64,000 nt of DNA from Salinispira sp. (lineage in GTDB: Bacteria; Spirochaetota; Spirochaetia; DSM-27196; Salinispiraceae). The notes below the pieces were generated by a model, which did no database searches, was not told the DNA's origin, and saw only the letters and a list, made by a program, of their open reading frames with translations. The position numbers and the translations under genes were made by a program. Below, one piece after another: positions 1 through 9,874 of the stretch (positions are counted from its first letter, which is position 1; the number at the start of each line of letters is the position of its first letter). The DNA lies in contig CBDDDG010000014.1 of assembly GCA_965226555.1 (NCBI GenBank), positions 192,001-256,000 of the forward strand, read 5' to 3'.

Positions 1-419
1 GTGTTGGTACTGTTCCTCTGGTTCTCGCAGAGAATGTTGCCCGCTATTCCGACTGGGATGATGTTAATGATCCTTCGGTAATTGTCGCAGCTCGTCTTGG
101 GACAGTTTTTGAAGATCAGGCTCGCGCGCTTGTTCCGTCAGCCGATCTGCGGCTTATTTCATCACCTGCCACCGAATATCAAGAGATACTCGCGGGCAAG
201 GCAGATGTTGCCGTTACCAGTTTATTCGATGCCACAAACCTGGTCGGGCAGTATCCCGAACTGGCCATCGCGCCTGTTACACCGGCAGCGCAGAATGTCA
301 TTGGCATGTTAACACCGAGGGATGATCAGGAACTCATCAACTACATCAATGTATGGATCACTATGCAGGAAAGAAATGGGTTTCTTGAGGAAACTCGGAG
401 AAAATGGAACCTGCAGTAG
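1..419 (+). CDS. Amino-acid ABC transporter substrate-binding protein (SBP family 3), 5' partial
   Basis: Open frame from base 3 to TAG at 417-419 (VGTVPLV...GTVFEDQAR...GKADVAV...DQELINYINVWI...KWNLQ). Not in the ORF track. Overlaps the permease start. Confidence 0.8.
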   Translation, partial: VGTVPLVLAENVARYSDWDDVNDPSVIVAARLGTVFEDQARALVPSADLRLISSPATEYQEILAGKADVAVTSLFDATNLVGQYPELAIAPVTPAAQNVIGMLTPRDDQELINYINVWITMQERNGFLEETRRKWNLQ

Positions 420-1222
420 GTAATAAACCACGTTCACGTGAGAATATTGTCTGGACAATTGTCGGATTCGCTGTTGTTACAATGGCCATCGTTCTTATTT
501 CCGCTGTTATTGCCCGAAACAGCAGTAACAGCGGGTATAAGTGGGGATGGTACACCGTTACCCCTTGGACTTCCCAGGGTCTGAAAAACAGCCAATTTCT
601 GATTCAGGGGTTTTTATCGACCATTGCCGCCGCATTCATTGCCTTTATGCTTTCATCGAGCATTGGGCTGCTCATCGCCCTCATTGGCTTTATTCCGTCA
701 GTGCCCGCGAAATTGTTTAACCGGGTCTGGGTTGAGTCCTTTCGCGCTGTTCCTGTTCTGGTCATGCTCTTATGGGTATATTACGGACTGGCAATTTCCA
801 TTGGACTGAATCTCAATTTGTTTACAGCGACCATATTGGCGATGGCCCTCTGCGATTCCGCCTTTGAAGCTGAAATATTCAGAGGAGGCATTCAGAGTAT
901 AGGAAAGGATCAGCATGAAAGCGCCCGAGCCATTGGTCTTAAGCCCTCGCAGACCATGAGGATTGTCGTACTGCCTCAGGCAATACGGCGTATTCTGCCG
1001 CCGCTGGGGAATCAGTTTGTTTACATGCTTAAAGTGAGTAGCTTAGCCTCCGTTATTGGTTTCGGAGAACTTACCCGTAAGGCAAATGAACTCATTACCA
1101 CGGAATATCGTCCGCTTGAAATATATACCTTTCTGATTCTGGAATATCTCGTTCTCATACTTGTTGCCAGTTGGCTTGTTCGTATTCTCGAGAGAAAACT
1201 CCGGAAAAGCTATTCGGAATAG
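404..1222 (+). CDS. Polar amino-acid ABC transporter permease (HisM/GlnP type)
   Basis: TM helices; AEIFRGGIQSI-x-KDQHESARAIG (EAA loop); PQAIRRILPPLGNQF. Confidence 0.9.
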   Translation: MEPAVGNKPRSRENIVWTIVGFAVVTMAIVLISAVIARNSSNSGYKWGWYTVTPWTSQGLKNSQFLIQGFLSTIAAAFIAFMLSSSIGLLIALIGFIPSVPAKLFNRVWVESFRAVPVLVMLLWVYYGLAISIGLNLNLFTATILAMALCDSAFEAEIFRGGIQSIGKDQHESARAIGLKPSQTMRIVVLPQAIRRILPPLGNQFVYMLKVSSLASVIGFGELTRKANELITTEYRPLEIYTFLILEYLVLILVASWLVRILERKLRKSYSE

Positions 1223-1226
1223 GTGC

Positions 1227-2531
1227 GTGGCGGCCAGCCGTGCAGCAGGCAGCCGTGCAGCAGGCAGCCGCGCAGCAGGCAGCCGCGCAGGCGCTGCAGC
1301 GCCCCGCAGGAAAATCCGTTTTCTCATTGTCGGGCAGGGAATAGCCGGCACCATGCTTGCCTGGTCGCTTATGCGCAGGGGCTGCGCCCGAAATTTCCTG
1401 CTTGTTGATGCCGGGCTTGAGTATTCCTCAAGCTTGGTTTCCACAGCTGTTCTCAATCCTGTGGTTTTTAAGCGGATGACATTGAGTTGGGGCAGTAATC
1501 TCGTTGTGCCTGCTTGGAATATCTATGAAGAACTGGAAACATTTCTTCGCACATATGGCGGATATGAGGGAAGGAACAGCTTCCGCTTTTTACACCGGGA
1601 AAATCTTTTTCATATATTCGATGATCCTGCGGAAGAAAACCGCTGGATGGCGGCAGTTCATCGTCTCCGCCCATGGCTCAGAGAGGGACATGTACTCAAA
1701 GCGCCCCTTCCGGCAGGCGGAGGCAGCGGAGAGCGTCGGGGCGGAATAATCTACGGCAGCGGCTGGATTAATGCCGATGTTCTGCTTCGAAGTTTCAGAA
1801 CCTATCTTTCCGAATGCGGACAGCTCATCGAAGAGCATCTTCATTCAGAGCAGCTTGATATTTCTTCGGGAATCTGGAGATGCAGGCAGGGCGATGTGCT
1901 TTTCGATAGCTTGATTCTCTGTACGGGTATTCAGTACCGCTACACCTTCGGCTATTCTCTCCCGGATAGTACCCTTCCCTTTTATCCGATGAAGGGTGAT
2001 GTTCTTACCGTAGATTTGCCTGAACTGGGGTATCTGAGCGGTCTTACCGGCGGCAAGGTGATCCTCCAGCCGGTTTTTGATACCGGATCTCTGGTAAAAG
2101 GCCGCTTTCATGCGGGATCAAGCTATGTTCGGGATTTCAGCGATCCCGCGCCCTCAGAGGAGGGGAGGAAATGGATACTTTCCCAACTGAGTGAACAGGG
2201 TTTTGGAACCCCGGAGAGGCTTGCTGCTACGGTTCGCGGACATCGCGCGGGCATACGCCCCGCAAGCCGTGACCGGCTGGCCTACCTCGGTACTGTTGCC
2301 GCTGCATCTGCCGCTGATTCTGCCGCTGCATCTGCTCCTTGCGGGCGGGATCCTTTCGGGCGGGCTGCTTTTGAGCGCGCCGCTGGCGGGCGGGTCTGTG
2401 TTTTTAACGGGCTTGGTACGCGGGGCTTTATGCTTGCCCCCGCTCTGGCTGAAACATGTGCCGATTTTCTCATTAGATCACAGCCCCTGCCTGAAGAACT
2501 TTCTCCTAACAGAGTTAAGAATGTGCTATAA
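1227..2531 (+). CDS. FAD-dependent oxidoreductase (DAO/MnmC-like)
   Basis: IVGQGIAG Rossmann motif, RAGIRPA, NGLGTRG. Start uncertain: GTG 1227 chosen, ORF open from 1161. N-terminal 15-bp tandem repeat. Confidence 0.8.
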   Translation: MAASRAAGSRAAGSRAAGSRAGAAAPRRKIRFLIVGQGIAGTMLAWSLMRRGCARNFLLVDAGLEYSSSLVSTAVLNPVVFKRMTLSWGSNLVVPAWNIYEELETFLRTYGGYEGRNSFRFLHRENLFHIFDDPAEENRWMAAVHRLRPWLREGHVLKAPLPAGGGSGERRGGIIYGSGWINADVLLRSFRTYLSECGQLIEEHLHSEQLDISSGIWRCRQGDVLFDSLILCTGIQYRYTFGYSLPDSTLPFYPMKGDVLTVDLPELGYLSGLTGGKVILQPVFDTGSLVKGRFHAGSSYVRDFSDPAPSEEGRKWILSQLSEQGFGTPERLAATVRGHRAGIRPASRDRLAYLGTVAAASAADSAAASAPCGRDPFGRAAFERAAGGRVCVFNGLGTRGFMLAPALAETCADFLIRSQPLPEELSPNRVKNVL

Positions 2532-2616
2532 TCTTATTATCTTACATCAGCAAAGGATCGATCAGGATTGATCGGAAGATTCGGATTGATCGGAAGATGA
2601 GTATGAGGAGAGAACG

Positions 2617-4470
2617 ATGCAAAAGCGTCTAAAGACCCTTCATGTATTTAGTATTACTGCCGGAGCAATGATTTCATCGGGACTCTTTGTTTTACCCGCT
2701 ATTGTATATCTCAGAGCAGGGAATGGTATTATTGCGGCATATGTTCTTGCGGCAGTACTCATGATTCCAGCGCTTATCTCAAAACTGGAATTGGCCACCG
2801 CCATGCCCCGTTCGGGAGGCGCCTATTTTTTCATTCACCGGAGTATGGGGCCGCTCTTCGGCACCTTCAGCGGTCTGGCATCCTGGTTTTCATTGGCTTT
2901 GAAATCTGCCTTTGCCCTCTATGGTTTGGCATTGCTTATATCTGACATCATTACGCCATTCGTTGGCCCCCTCCCTCAGTTTGCCATTGGTCTTATCGCA
3001 TCGGCGGCTGCCCTCATTTTCGGCATTATGAATGCGCTCAGTTCAACAAAGAGCAGTAACTTTCAGGTATACATGGTTATCGGACTTCTGGGAATTATCA
3101 TTATGTTCATTCTTTTTTCCATTCCCCGCGTTAATATCCCTGAGGTACTTATGGAATCTTCCATCCGAAATTTCAATGACATATGGGTTGCAACTGGTTT
3201 GATCTTTGTGTCCTTTGGAGGGCTTACAAAAATTGTCAGTATTGCCGAAGAAGTTGAGGATCCGGGCAGAAAACTCAAATATGGTATGTTCGGAGCCTTC
3301 GGTCTCGTGTCGCTGCTGTATGTTCTTGCGGTTCTGGTTGTTGTGGGAATTTTAAGTCCTGAAGTGCTTACCGGCAGTAATCAGCCGCTTGCCGATGCGG
3401 CATCGCAGAGTATGGGGGCATGGGCGGAGTATGCGCTTCGCTTTGCTGCCGTGTTGGCCTTCCTCACAACGGGAAACGCGGGCCTCATGACGGCCAGCCG
3501 CACGCCTCTGGCGATGAGCCGCGATCGGCTCCTCCCGGTCGGTTTTGCTCATATCAATATTAAAACCCACACACCGCTTCGCGCCATTGTGCTTACAACG
3601 GTGTTCATGATTCTTGTTCTCATGACCCTCAACATAGAGCAGCTGGTGAAGGCAGCCTCTGCCATGATGCTCTTACTTTTTAGTTTTAACATTGTTTCGC
3701 TCATTATTATGCGTGAAAGTAAAATTGTCGGTTATCGTCCGCTGTACCGCAGTAAATTTTATCCTTTTATCCATATCATCGGAATTGTGGTGTATGTTCT
3801 GCTTTTCATCAACATGGGAACAATTCCATTCATCATTAGCGCCGTATTTGCCGCTATTGCCTTATTCTGGTACGTGTTTTTTGCGCGCACATTGCCTCAG
3901 CAGGATTCAGCCATTGCCCAGTTGGTGAAGCGGATAAGCCATAAAAAAATTGTTCCGCAGAAGCTTGCCCATGAACTTCGGGATATTCTTTTTGAACGGG
4001 AGCAGATTGTCGAAGACCGCTTTGATGAGCTGGTTAAGAATGCTCCTGTCATTGATATTCGTGAAGATATGGATAAGGATGATTTTTTCATCCTCGCCGG
4101 GAAGCTGCTCGCGGAGCGGCTTGATCTTTCTGCCGGGCAGATTACTCAGTTGCTGCAGGAACGGGAGGCAGACAGTACAACAGCCATTTCACCAGGCCTT
4201 GCCATTCCTCATCTGATAATACCGGGAGAAAAGCATTTTGATATGCTGATATGCCGCTGTAGAGATGGAATTCGATTTAACGGAGAGAATGACCCGATAC
4301 ACACCTGTTTTGTGCTGGCCGGTACGGCCGATGAACGGACATTTCATCTTAAAACGCTGGTTGCAATTGCTCAGATTGTTCAGAATAAAGATTTTCAGAA
4401 AGATTGGAAGAAGGTTCGCAGGGAAGATGAGTTACGCGAACTCGTTCTTCTTGCCGAGCGAAGCCGCTGA
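2617..4470 (+). CDS. APC-family amino-acid permease fused to a C-terminal PTS EIIA(Fru/Ntr)-like domain
   Basis: GAMISSGLF, ELATAMPRSGGAY, about 12 TMs; C-terminal ERE-x-STTAISPGLAIPH. Confidence 0.85.
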   Translation: MQKRLKTLHVFSITAGAMISSGLFVLPAIVYLRAGNGIIAAYVLAAVLMIPALISKLELATAMPRSGGAYFFIHRSMGPLFGTFSGLASWFSLALKSAFALYGLALLISDIITPFVGPLPQFAIGLIASAAALIFGIMNALSSTKSSNFQVYMVIGLLGIIIMFILFSIPRVNIPEVLMESSIRNFNDIWVATGLIFVSFGGLTKIVSIAEEVEDPGRKLKYGMFGAFGLVSLLYVLAVLVVVGILSPEVLTGSNQPLADAASQSMGAWAEYALRFAAVLAFLTTGNAGLMTASRTPLAMSRDRLLPVGFAHINIKTHTPLRAIVLTTVFMILVLMTLNIEQLVKAASAMMLLLFSFNIVSLIIMRESKIVGYRPLYRSKFYPFIHIIGIVVYVLLFINMGTIPFIISAVFAAIALFWYVFFARTLPQQDSAIAQLVKRISHKKIVPQKLAHELRDILFEREQIVEDRFDELVKNAPVIDIREDMDKDDFFILAGKLLAERLDLSAGQITQLLQEREADSTTAISPGLAIPHLIIPGEKHFDMLICRCRDGIRFNGENDPIHTCFVLAGTADERTFHLKTLVAIAQIVQNKDFQKDWKKVRREDELRELVLLAERSR

Positions 4471-4489
4471 AGCGGCTACCGGATGACGG

Positions 4490-6256
4490 TTACTGGCGCT
4501 GCCCCGTCCAGCCGCTCTTTTCGATGAGCGCCTGTATAATATATGCGATGGCGCTGCTGTCGATATCGCAATAGCTGACAACTTCTCTGAAAAATTTTTC
4601 AGGGTCCTTCCTCACACGCTCCGCATGCGTATCCCAAGGAATAGGAATGTCCGGGTGCATGAGATAGTAGTAACCGACAAAGGCCTCAACGCCGCTTGCT
4701 ATTTGATCCTGAGGGTACTCCTGTTTGCTGAGAAGGCTGAAAAGTGTTTTGAGGCCGATTTTCCCATTTTGCCGGGGATGATAATATGCAAAGTCGGCAA
4801 AGAGGGTTTGCAGATCAACGAGCCGCTGTGTGAGCGCGCGTAATTCTCCGCTGAGTTCTGGAACCGCGAGGGCAAGGTGCGCAAGGGCTCTGCGCTCAAG
4901 GGTAATGCCATAGACCAGCACCGAGCCCCGAGCCGGCAGGGCGCCTGTCAGGCAGGCGGCGAGTTCCCGGCGTCTGTCAGTATTGTCTGCGATGAGATAA
5001 TGCCCCACTTTCCGCACCTGCATATCTGCGCGCATTGTATGAAGAGAGTAGAGAAATGGTATGTGCTCCCAAACCCCAGCCGATTTCCATGCGGGCAGGG
5101 CTTCCAGAAAGCATTCGAAGTCGAGAAAGAAAAGCGGCCATTCCAAGGAATCGAGAAATTTTCTTATGTACGCGCTGTTTATCTGTTCCCGTCCTTCAAC
5201 GACGGCGCGGTATTGAATCCAATGCTGAGGCTTAATCTTCTGTTTCAGGGGCAGTGAAATTTCCGTGAGTTTCGATATGCGTTCAACACCCTGCTGCCTG
5301 ATGAGGGAATGCAAACCCGCCGAACGGTAGAGAGAGCGGACATCATCGAGCGAAGGAACAACTTCCGTTGCGCAGAAGGTACAGCTGTTATGTCCGCAAT
5401 GCGGCAGCGAAAATTGCGAATTCGGCAGCGAAAATTGCGCAAGCGATTTTTCCATTTCTTCAAATAGGTTTTCAACCGGGCGGCGCATGAATTTATGACG
5501 TCGGCTGACCCGATGTTCTATGAAGAGACTGTTGTCTGCGCTATTCGTGCTCTGCGCATTGTCCGTGCCCTGCGCCCCCTCTGCGATTCCCGCGTTGTCT
5601 GCGATTCCCGCGCCCTGCGCGGTTCCCGCGTTGCGGTATTTTTTATTCAGCAGACGGAGAAAGGATTCTCTTATTTCATATCCGGCGCTAAGCAGTCCCT
5701 GAACTGCCCATGCAACATCTATATAGTAATTGGTTTTTATTTTTGCGTCATTTTTGAGGAGGGTAAGGCGAAGTCCGCCGTTTACATATTCAATAAGGTC
5801 AAAAAAAACAATGCGGCCCTTAATAATCAACAGCCCGTTAAGCACGGCCCCTTCCTTCTTTGTAAGCAGAGAATTGAGAACCATTCTGCTTTGGCGGTTA
5901 ATCTCTCCTACCGTTGCGGAATGTGACTCCACAAGGGAGCGTATTCGGCCGGGGTAGGGCTGCGGCGGCTGAGGCTGAGGTATCGGCGCGGCGCCCACGG
6001 GCTGCCCCTCATCCGCGGAGTGCGTGTTCGCCCACGCGGCCGTAATGTCATTCTGCTGCGCCAGCGTAACACGGTATGCCTCAAGGAAGCGGTGTGTGTG
6101 AACAGAGCCTTCCGGAAGATCGGAACATGCGTTCACCGGAACATCGTCAAGCGCCCTGCCCCCAATTTTTTTCTCCCGGTTGCGCAGCCGCGCATTGAGC
6201 TGACGCAGGCAATATCTCCCCAGATAAAGGTCATTAAGAAGTATGAGCCGATTCAT
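4490..6256 (-). CDS. DUF2779-domain protein (degenerate PD-(D/E)XK N-terminus plus RNase H-like domain)
   Basis: PLFFLDFE...PFLYSLH, DLQTLF...YYHP, YCDIDS motifs. Confidence 0.65.
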   Translation of the reverse strand: MNRLILLNDLYLGRYCLRQLNARLRNREKKIGGRALDDVPVNACSDLPEGSVHTHRFLEAYRVTLAQQNDITAAWANTHSADEGQPVGAAPIPQPQPPQPYPGRIRSLVESHSATVGEINRQSRMVLNSLLTKKEGAVLNGLLIIKGRIVFFDLIEYVNGGLRLTLLKNDAKIKTNYYIDVAWAVQGLLSAGYEIRESFLRLLNKKYRNAGTAQGAGIADNAGIAEGAQGTDNAQSTNSADNSLFIEHRVSRRHKFMRRPVENLFEEMEKSLAQFSLPNSQFSLPHCGHNSCTFCATEVVPSLDDVRSLYRSAGLHSLIRQQGVERISKLTEISLPLKQKIKPQHWIQYRAVVEGREQINSAYIRKFLDSLEWPLFFLDFECFLEALPAWKSAGVWEHIPFLYSLHTMRADMQVRKVGHYLIADNTDRRRELAACLTGALPARGSVLVYGITLERRALAHLALAVPELSGELRALTQRLVDLQTLFADFAYYHPRQNGKIGLKTLFSLLSKQEYPQDQIASGVEAFVGYYYLMHPDIPIPWDTHAERVRKDPEKFFREVVSYCDIDSSAIAYIIQALIEKSGWTGQRQ

Positions 6257-7446
6257 GCGGAAATAAGCTGGTGAGTGTCAATGGCGATTTGCAGTTCCTC
6301 GTTTGTGGGTACCACAAGAATGGTAAGCGGAGAAAAATCGGTTGAAATTATTCCCAGCTGTGAGCCGTTCCCCCGATTTTTTTCCCTGTCGATAATAATG
6401 CCGAGGTTTTCTAATCGGTTACAGATGCGTTCCCGCATGGCACTATCATTTTCGCCGATGCCCCCGGTAAATATGAGAATGTCGACCTTCACCAACTCGG
6501 CCATGTATGCGCCGATATAATGCCGAACCCGATGAGCATAGACATCCAGCGCCTCATCGACAAGGGTATTTCCCGCAGCCAGCGCTGCTTCCAGATCTCT
6601 GAAATCGCTGGAAATTCCCGAGAGACCGTACATTCCGCTTTTTTTATTCAGAATAGTATTCAGCGCCTCCGCAGTGTAGCCCTGCTCAAGAAGGAAAAAA
6701 ATGATTGCCGGATCAATGTCGCCGCAGCGGGTTCCCATGACCAGCCCCTCCAGAGGAGTGAAGCCCATGGAGGTATCGACCGACTGCCCGCCAGCGATTG
6801 CGGTTATGGATGCTCCGTTCCCTAAATGGCAGCTTATCGTATGGGTGTTTTCCACTGCCCGCTTCATATACTGCACAGCCGCAATGTTCACAAAACGATG
6901 GCTTGTTCCGTGAAAGCCGTAACGGCGGATCTTGTATGTTTCATAAAATTCACGGGGAAGGCCGTAGAGGTAGGCGGCGGGAGAAATTGTTTGATGAAAG
7001 GCCGTATCGAAAACGGCAATCTGCTTCAAATGAGGAAAGAGAGCGGAGGCCTCGCGGATGCCGGTGAGATTTGCCGGATTATGAAGGGGGGCAAGCGGAA
7101 TGTTTTCCTGTATGGCGGCGAGTACCTTGTGATCAATGACCATCGATGTACTATACTGCTCACCTCCGTGCACGACCCGATGCCCCACGCCCTGTATATC
7201 ATCCATAGTGTCAATAAGCTGATCAAGAGCCTCGAAGACCAGACGCATTGCCGCGCAATGATCGCCGACCTCCAGCTCCCGCCGGTACAGCTCGCCGTCC
7301 GGCGATTTCTGGGTAATGCTGCCCATTTCAAGACCAATGCGCTCAACCATGCCCCTTCCCCGGCTCATACCTTCAGGCATGTCATACAGTTCATATTTCA
7401 GAGATGAACTTCCGCAGTTAATGACGAGAATCACATCGTCCTCCAC
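6253..7446 (-). CDS. ackA: Acetate kinase
   Basis: ILVINCGSSSLK, GHRVVHGGE, FDTAFHQT, YGFHGTSH, DTSMGFTPLEG, FTGGIGEN, VPTNEEL. Confidence 0.97.
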   Translation of the reverse strand: MEDDVILVINCGSSSLKYELYDMPEGMSRGRGMVERIGLEMGSITQKSPDGELYRRELEVGDHCAAMRLVFEALDQLIDTMDDIQGVGHRVVHGGEQYSTSMVIDHKVLAAIQENIPLAPLHNPANLTGIREASALFPHLKQIAVFDTAFHQTISPAAYLYGLPREFYETYKIRRYGFHGTSHRFVNIAAVQYMKRAVENTHTISCHLGNGASITAIAGGQSVDTSMGFTPLEGLVMGTRCGDIDPAIIFFLLEQGYTAEALNTILNKKSGMYGLSGISSDFRDLEAALAAGNTLVDEALDVYAHRVRHYIGAYMAELVKVDILIFTGGIGENDSAMRERICNRLENLGIIIDREKNRGNGSQLGIISTDFSPLTILVVPTNEELQIAIDTHQLISA

Positions 7447-7607
7447 TATTCGGTAATGAGCGCCGGTTTATGCCGCGTAGTGCACATAACACAGGAGATC
7501 ATTAGGATTTTCCTGCCGGCTGCATGGCGAGCAGCGCGACCAGCAAATAGTTTCTTTGTTTCATCCATGGTTATCTTACCATCAAATCTTTTGAGTATCC
7601 AGCCACA

Positions 7608-7800
7608 GAAAATTGTGCTCTGCACAATTTTCAAATGAGGATTCTCTCATCCATATTCTTGATTCTCTCAAGGTATAGAAAGTTTTGCCACAGGCAAAAC
7701 TTTGTTATACTCTTGATTCTCTCAAGGTATAGAAAGTTTTGCTACTGGAAATTGTGCTTGCACAATTTTCCAAGGCAAAACTTTGTTGTGGCAAAACTTT
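7608..7800. repeat. Composite cluster of AT-rich hairpin repeats
   Basis: Hairpins GAAAATTGTGC-TCT-GCACAATTTTC and AAAGTTTTGCC-ACA-GGCAAAACTTT with linker TCTTGATTCTCTCAAGGTATAG; near-identical to 9327-9519. Confidence 0.85.
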
Positions 7801-7960
7801 GATGTGGTTTTGTAAATGATATCGGAGACTGAACGTTTGGGGTCATCTTTGGGGATGTGCTCTGAGTCGATGCGCTCTATGCTCCCGGGAACAATGCTCA
7901 GCGCGAGGTCCTTGTTGAAGTATGAATATATGAAGTCCCGGAATATCTGAGGATTTTCTG
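7801..7960 (-). pseudogene. Fragment of an Rpn-family N-terminus
   Basis: Reads ENPQIFRDFIYSYFNKDLALSIVPGSIERIDSEHIPKDDPKRSVSDIIYKT; same fragment at about 9520-9680, 52108-52265 and 63428-63552. Confidence 0.7.
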
Positions 7961-8030
7961 AAGGAACTGGTATGTGAGGTTGATCTGAATGTTGATATTA
8001 TCGATCTGCGCGCAGGCCGAGCGGCGATAA

Positions 8031-8330
8031 TTAATGCGATCCGTTCCGCAATGTCCGAATTTCCTCATCGCTCAGCCCCGTAATTCTCTGAACAGCCTCG
8101 GTCGACAACCCTTCCGAAAACATACTGCGAGCGTTTTTTCTCCGCTCCTCAATATGCCCCTCAGCGCGACCTGTTCGCAGTCCTTCCTGCCTGCCCTTTG
8201 TGATACCCTGCTCAAGACCTTCAATCCGACCTTTCAGAATACCTTTTTCCATTCCCTGTTCAAGACCCTCAATCCGGCCTTTCGCAATGCCTTCTCTGAC
8301 GAAGGCGTTGGTAATATTATATGTCCGCAT
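8031..8330 (-). CDS. Predicted internal in-frame small protein (RpnS-type antitoxin), 99 aa
   Basis: Internal GAAGGAGAAAACAGT-ATG immediately before the repeat-rich C-terminus. Confidence 0.55.
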   Translation of the reverse strand: MRTYNITNAFVREGIAKGRIEGLEQGMEKGILKGRIEGLEQGITKGRQEGLRTGRAEGHIEERRKNARSMFSEGLSTEAVQRITGLSDEEIRTLRNGSH

Positions 8331-9080
8331 ACTGTTTTCTCCTTCAGGATATACTTCCCTGTTAATTTTCTCAAACTGTTCATACAGTCCCAGATCTTTC
8401 AGATAGCCTAGCACACTCTCTGCCAGATCAGTAAAGTCTTGTGATGACAAACCGTTCAGGAGCTGCGCAATTTCTTTCAGCCCCTCAGCATCCATTTCAT
8501 TATCTCGCATTATATACCACAACGCAGTCGATGTATATCGTTTTCCATCGAAACGCCATGCCAACTGATTCTTTGTCATTCGCCGCAGATCGCGCACAAT
8601 GTACGATACTCTCGCCCTGACATCTACCGTGCCTTCAGTCATGGATTCTGAAGCAGCATTTCCATGCGAACTGTAAAATGTGAGTGGGAGGTTCCATTCA
8701 TTTTTTCCATGGTAGAGCAGCAGTATATAGATAGCATCATTTTCATTGTACACATTGCTGTTTCTGAGGGCATATTGGTAGTCATCAATCTGTGTGAGAG
8801 CATGTTTATTCAGGTAGCTTTTGTGTTCAATAATAAATAGGGCCTTCCGGTCGGGGTCTGACAGGAAGGGGGCGCTGACAACGAGATCGCAGTGAAGGTT
8901 CTTTTTTCCCGCAATGTAGCTGGGGTTTTCAATGCGGATTTTGTCCATGTCCAGCTTGGTAAGAGTCGTATCCTCACAGAACAGCCGCAGCAGGTCGGGA
9001 ATCATACGGGGGGTTCTGTAGTAGGCGATCTTAAAGGCTATGTCGTGGATGTGGCCTGTGCTCTGGGATGATTTTTTCAT
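8031..9080 (-). CDS. Rpn/YhgA-like PD-(D/E)XK nuclease (transposase_31 family), intact
   Basis: HDIAFK, CDLVVS, IIEHKS, LLYHG motifs; EG/KG tetrapeptide repeats; GGAGG SD upstream. Confidence 0.85.
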   Translation of the reverse strand: MKKSSQSTGHIHDIAFKIAYYRTPRMIPDLLRLFCEDTTLTKLDMDKIRIENPSYIAGKKNLHCDLVVSAPFLSDPDRKALFIIEHKSYLNKHALTQIDDYQYALRNSNVYNENDAIYILLLYHGKNEWNLPLTFYSSHGNAASESMTEGTVDVRARVSYIVRDLRRMTKNQLAWRFDGKRYTSTALWYIMRDNEMDAEGLKEIAQLLNGLSSQDFTDLAESVLGYLKDLGLYEQFEKINREVYPEGENSMRTYNITNAFVREGIAKGRIEGLEQGMEKGILKGRIEGLEQGITKGRQEGLRTGRAEGHIEERRKNARSMFSEGLSTEAVQRITGLSDEEIRTLRNGSH

Positions 9081-9311
9081 ACATTTTCCTCCTATATCTA
9101 TGACGGGTAAAATGTCATTCTTGACTATGTATTTTGAAAGAATTTGAAAAGAAATTGAAAGAATGTTGTGAATTTTTTTCGGGGAGTCGGGAATGGCGGG
9201 CTGATATGCTCTGTGTCGATATATTTTCCGCTCATACTATATAGACGGGTAAAATATGAATGGTGAATATGAGAAATTTTTTGAAAAAGTTTTATTATTT
9301 TGAGATATTAC

Positions 9312-9519
9312 AAAGTTTTGCTACTGAAAATTGTGCTCTGCACAATTTTCAAATGAGGATTCTCTCATCCATATTCTTGATTCTCTCAAGGTATAGAAAG
9401 TTTTGCCACAGGCAAAACTTTGTTATATTCTTGATTCTCTCAAGATATAGAAAGTTTTGCTACTGGAAATTGTGCTTGCACAATTTTCCAAGGCAAAACT
9501 TTGGTGTGGCAAAACTTTG
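9312..9519. repeat. Composite cluster of AT-rich hairpin repeats (copy 2)
   Basis: 9327-9754 is a near-exact direct repeat of 7608-8034. Confidence 0.85.
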
Positions 9520-9754
9520 ATGTGGTTTTGTAAATGATATCGGAGACTGAACGTTTGGGGTCATCTTTGGGGATGTGCTCTGAGTCGATGCGCTCTATGC
9601 TCCCGGGAACAATGCTCAGCGCGAGGTCCTTGTTGAAGTATGAATATATGAAGTCCCGGAATATCTGAGGATTCTCTGAAGGAACTGGTATGTGAGGTTG
9701 ATCTGAATGTTGATATTATCCGATCTGCGCGCAGGCCGAGCGGCGATAATTAAT

Positions 9755-9874
9755 GGGAACCTCTGGAAACTCGAAATTTTCATGATTCATTGCGTAAAAC
9801 AACGTTGTTTTAAGCTCAATCATGCGGTCACTGGTTAATTTTTTCTGCCAGATATTAGGTTTCCAGATGTTCCC
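9755..9874. mobile_element. 120-bp MITE
   Basis: 16-bp TIRs GGGAACCTCTGGAAAC / GTTTCCAGATGTTCCC (15/16 match); TAAT duplicated at 9751-9754 and 9875-9878; empty site in the paralogue at about 8031. Confidence 0.85.

Noticed and set aside
7608..7800. Hairpin clusters as a CRISPR array or integron attC array
   Set aside because: No constant repeat with unique equal-length spacers, no cas or intI genes, and no RYYYAAC/GTTRRRY cassette boundaries
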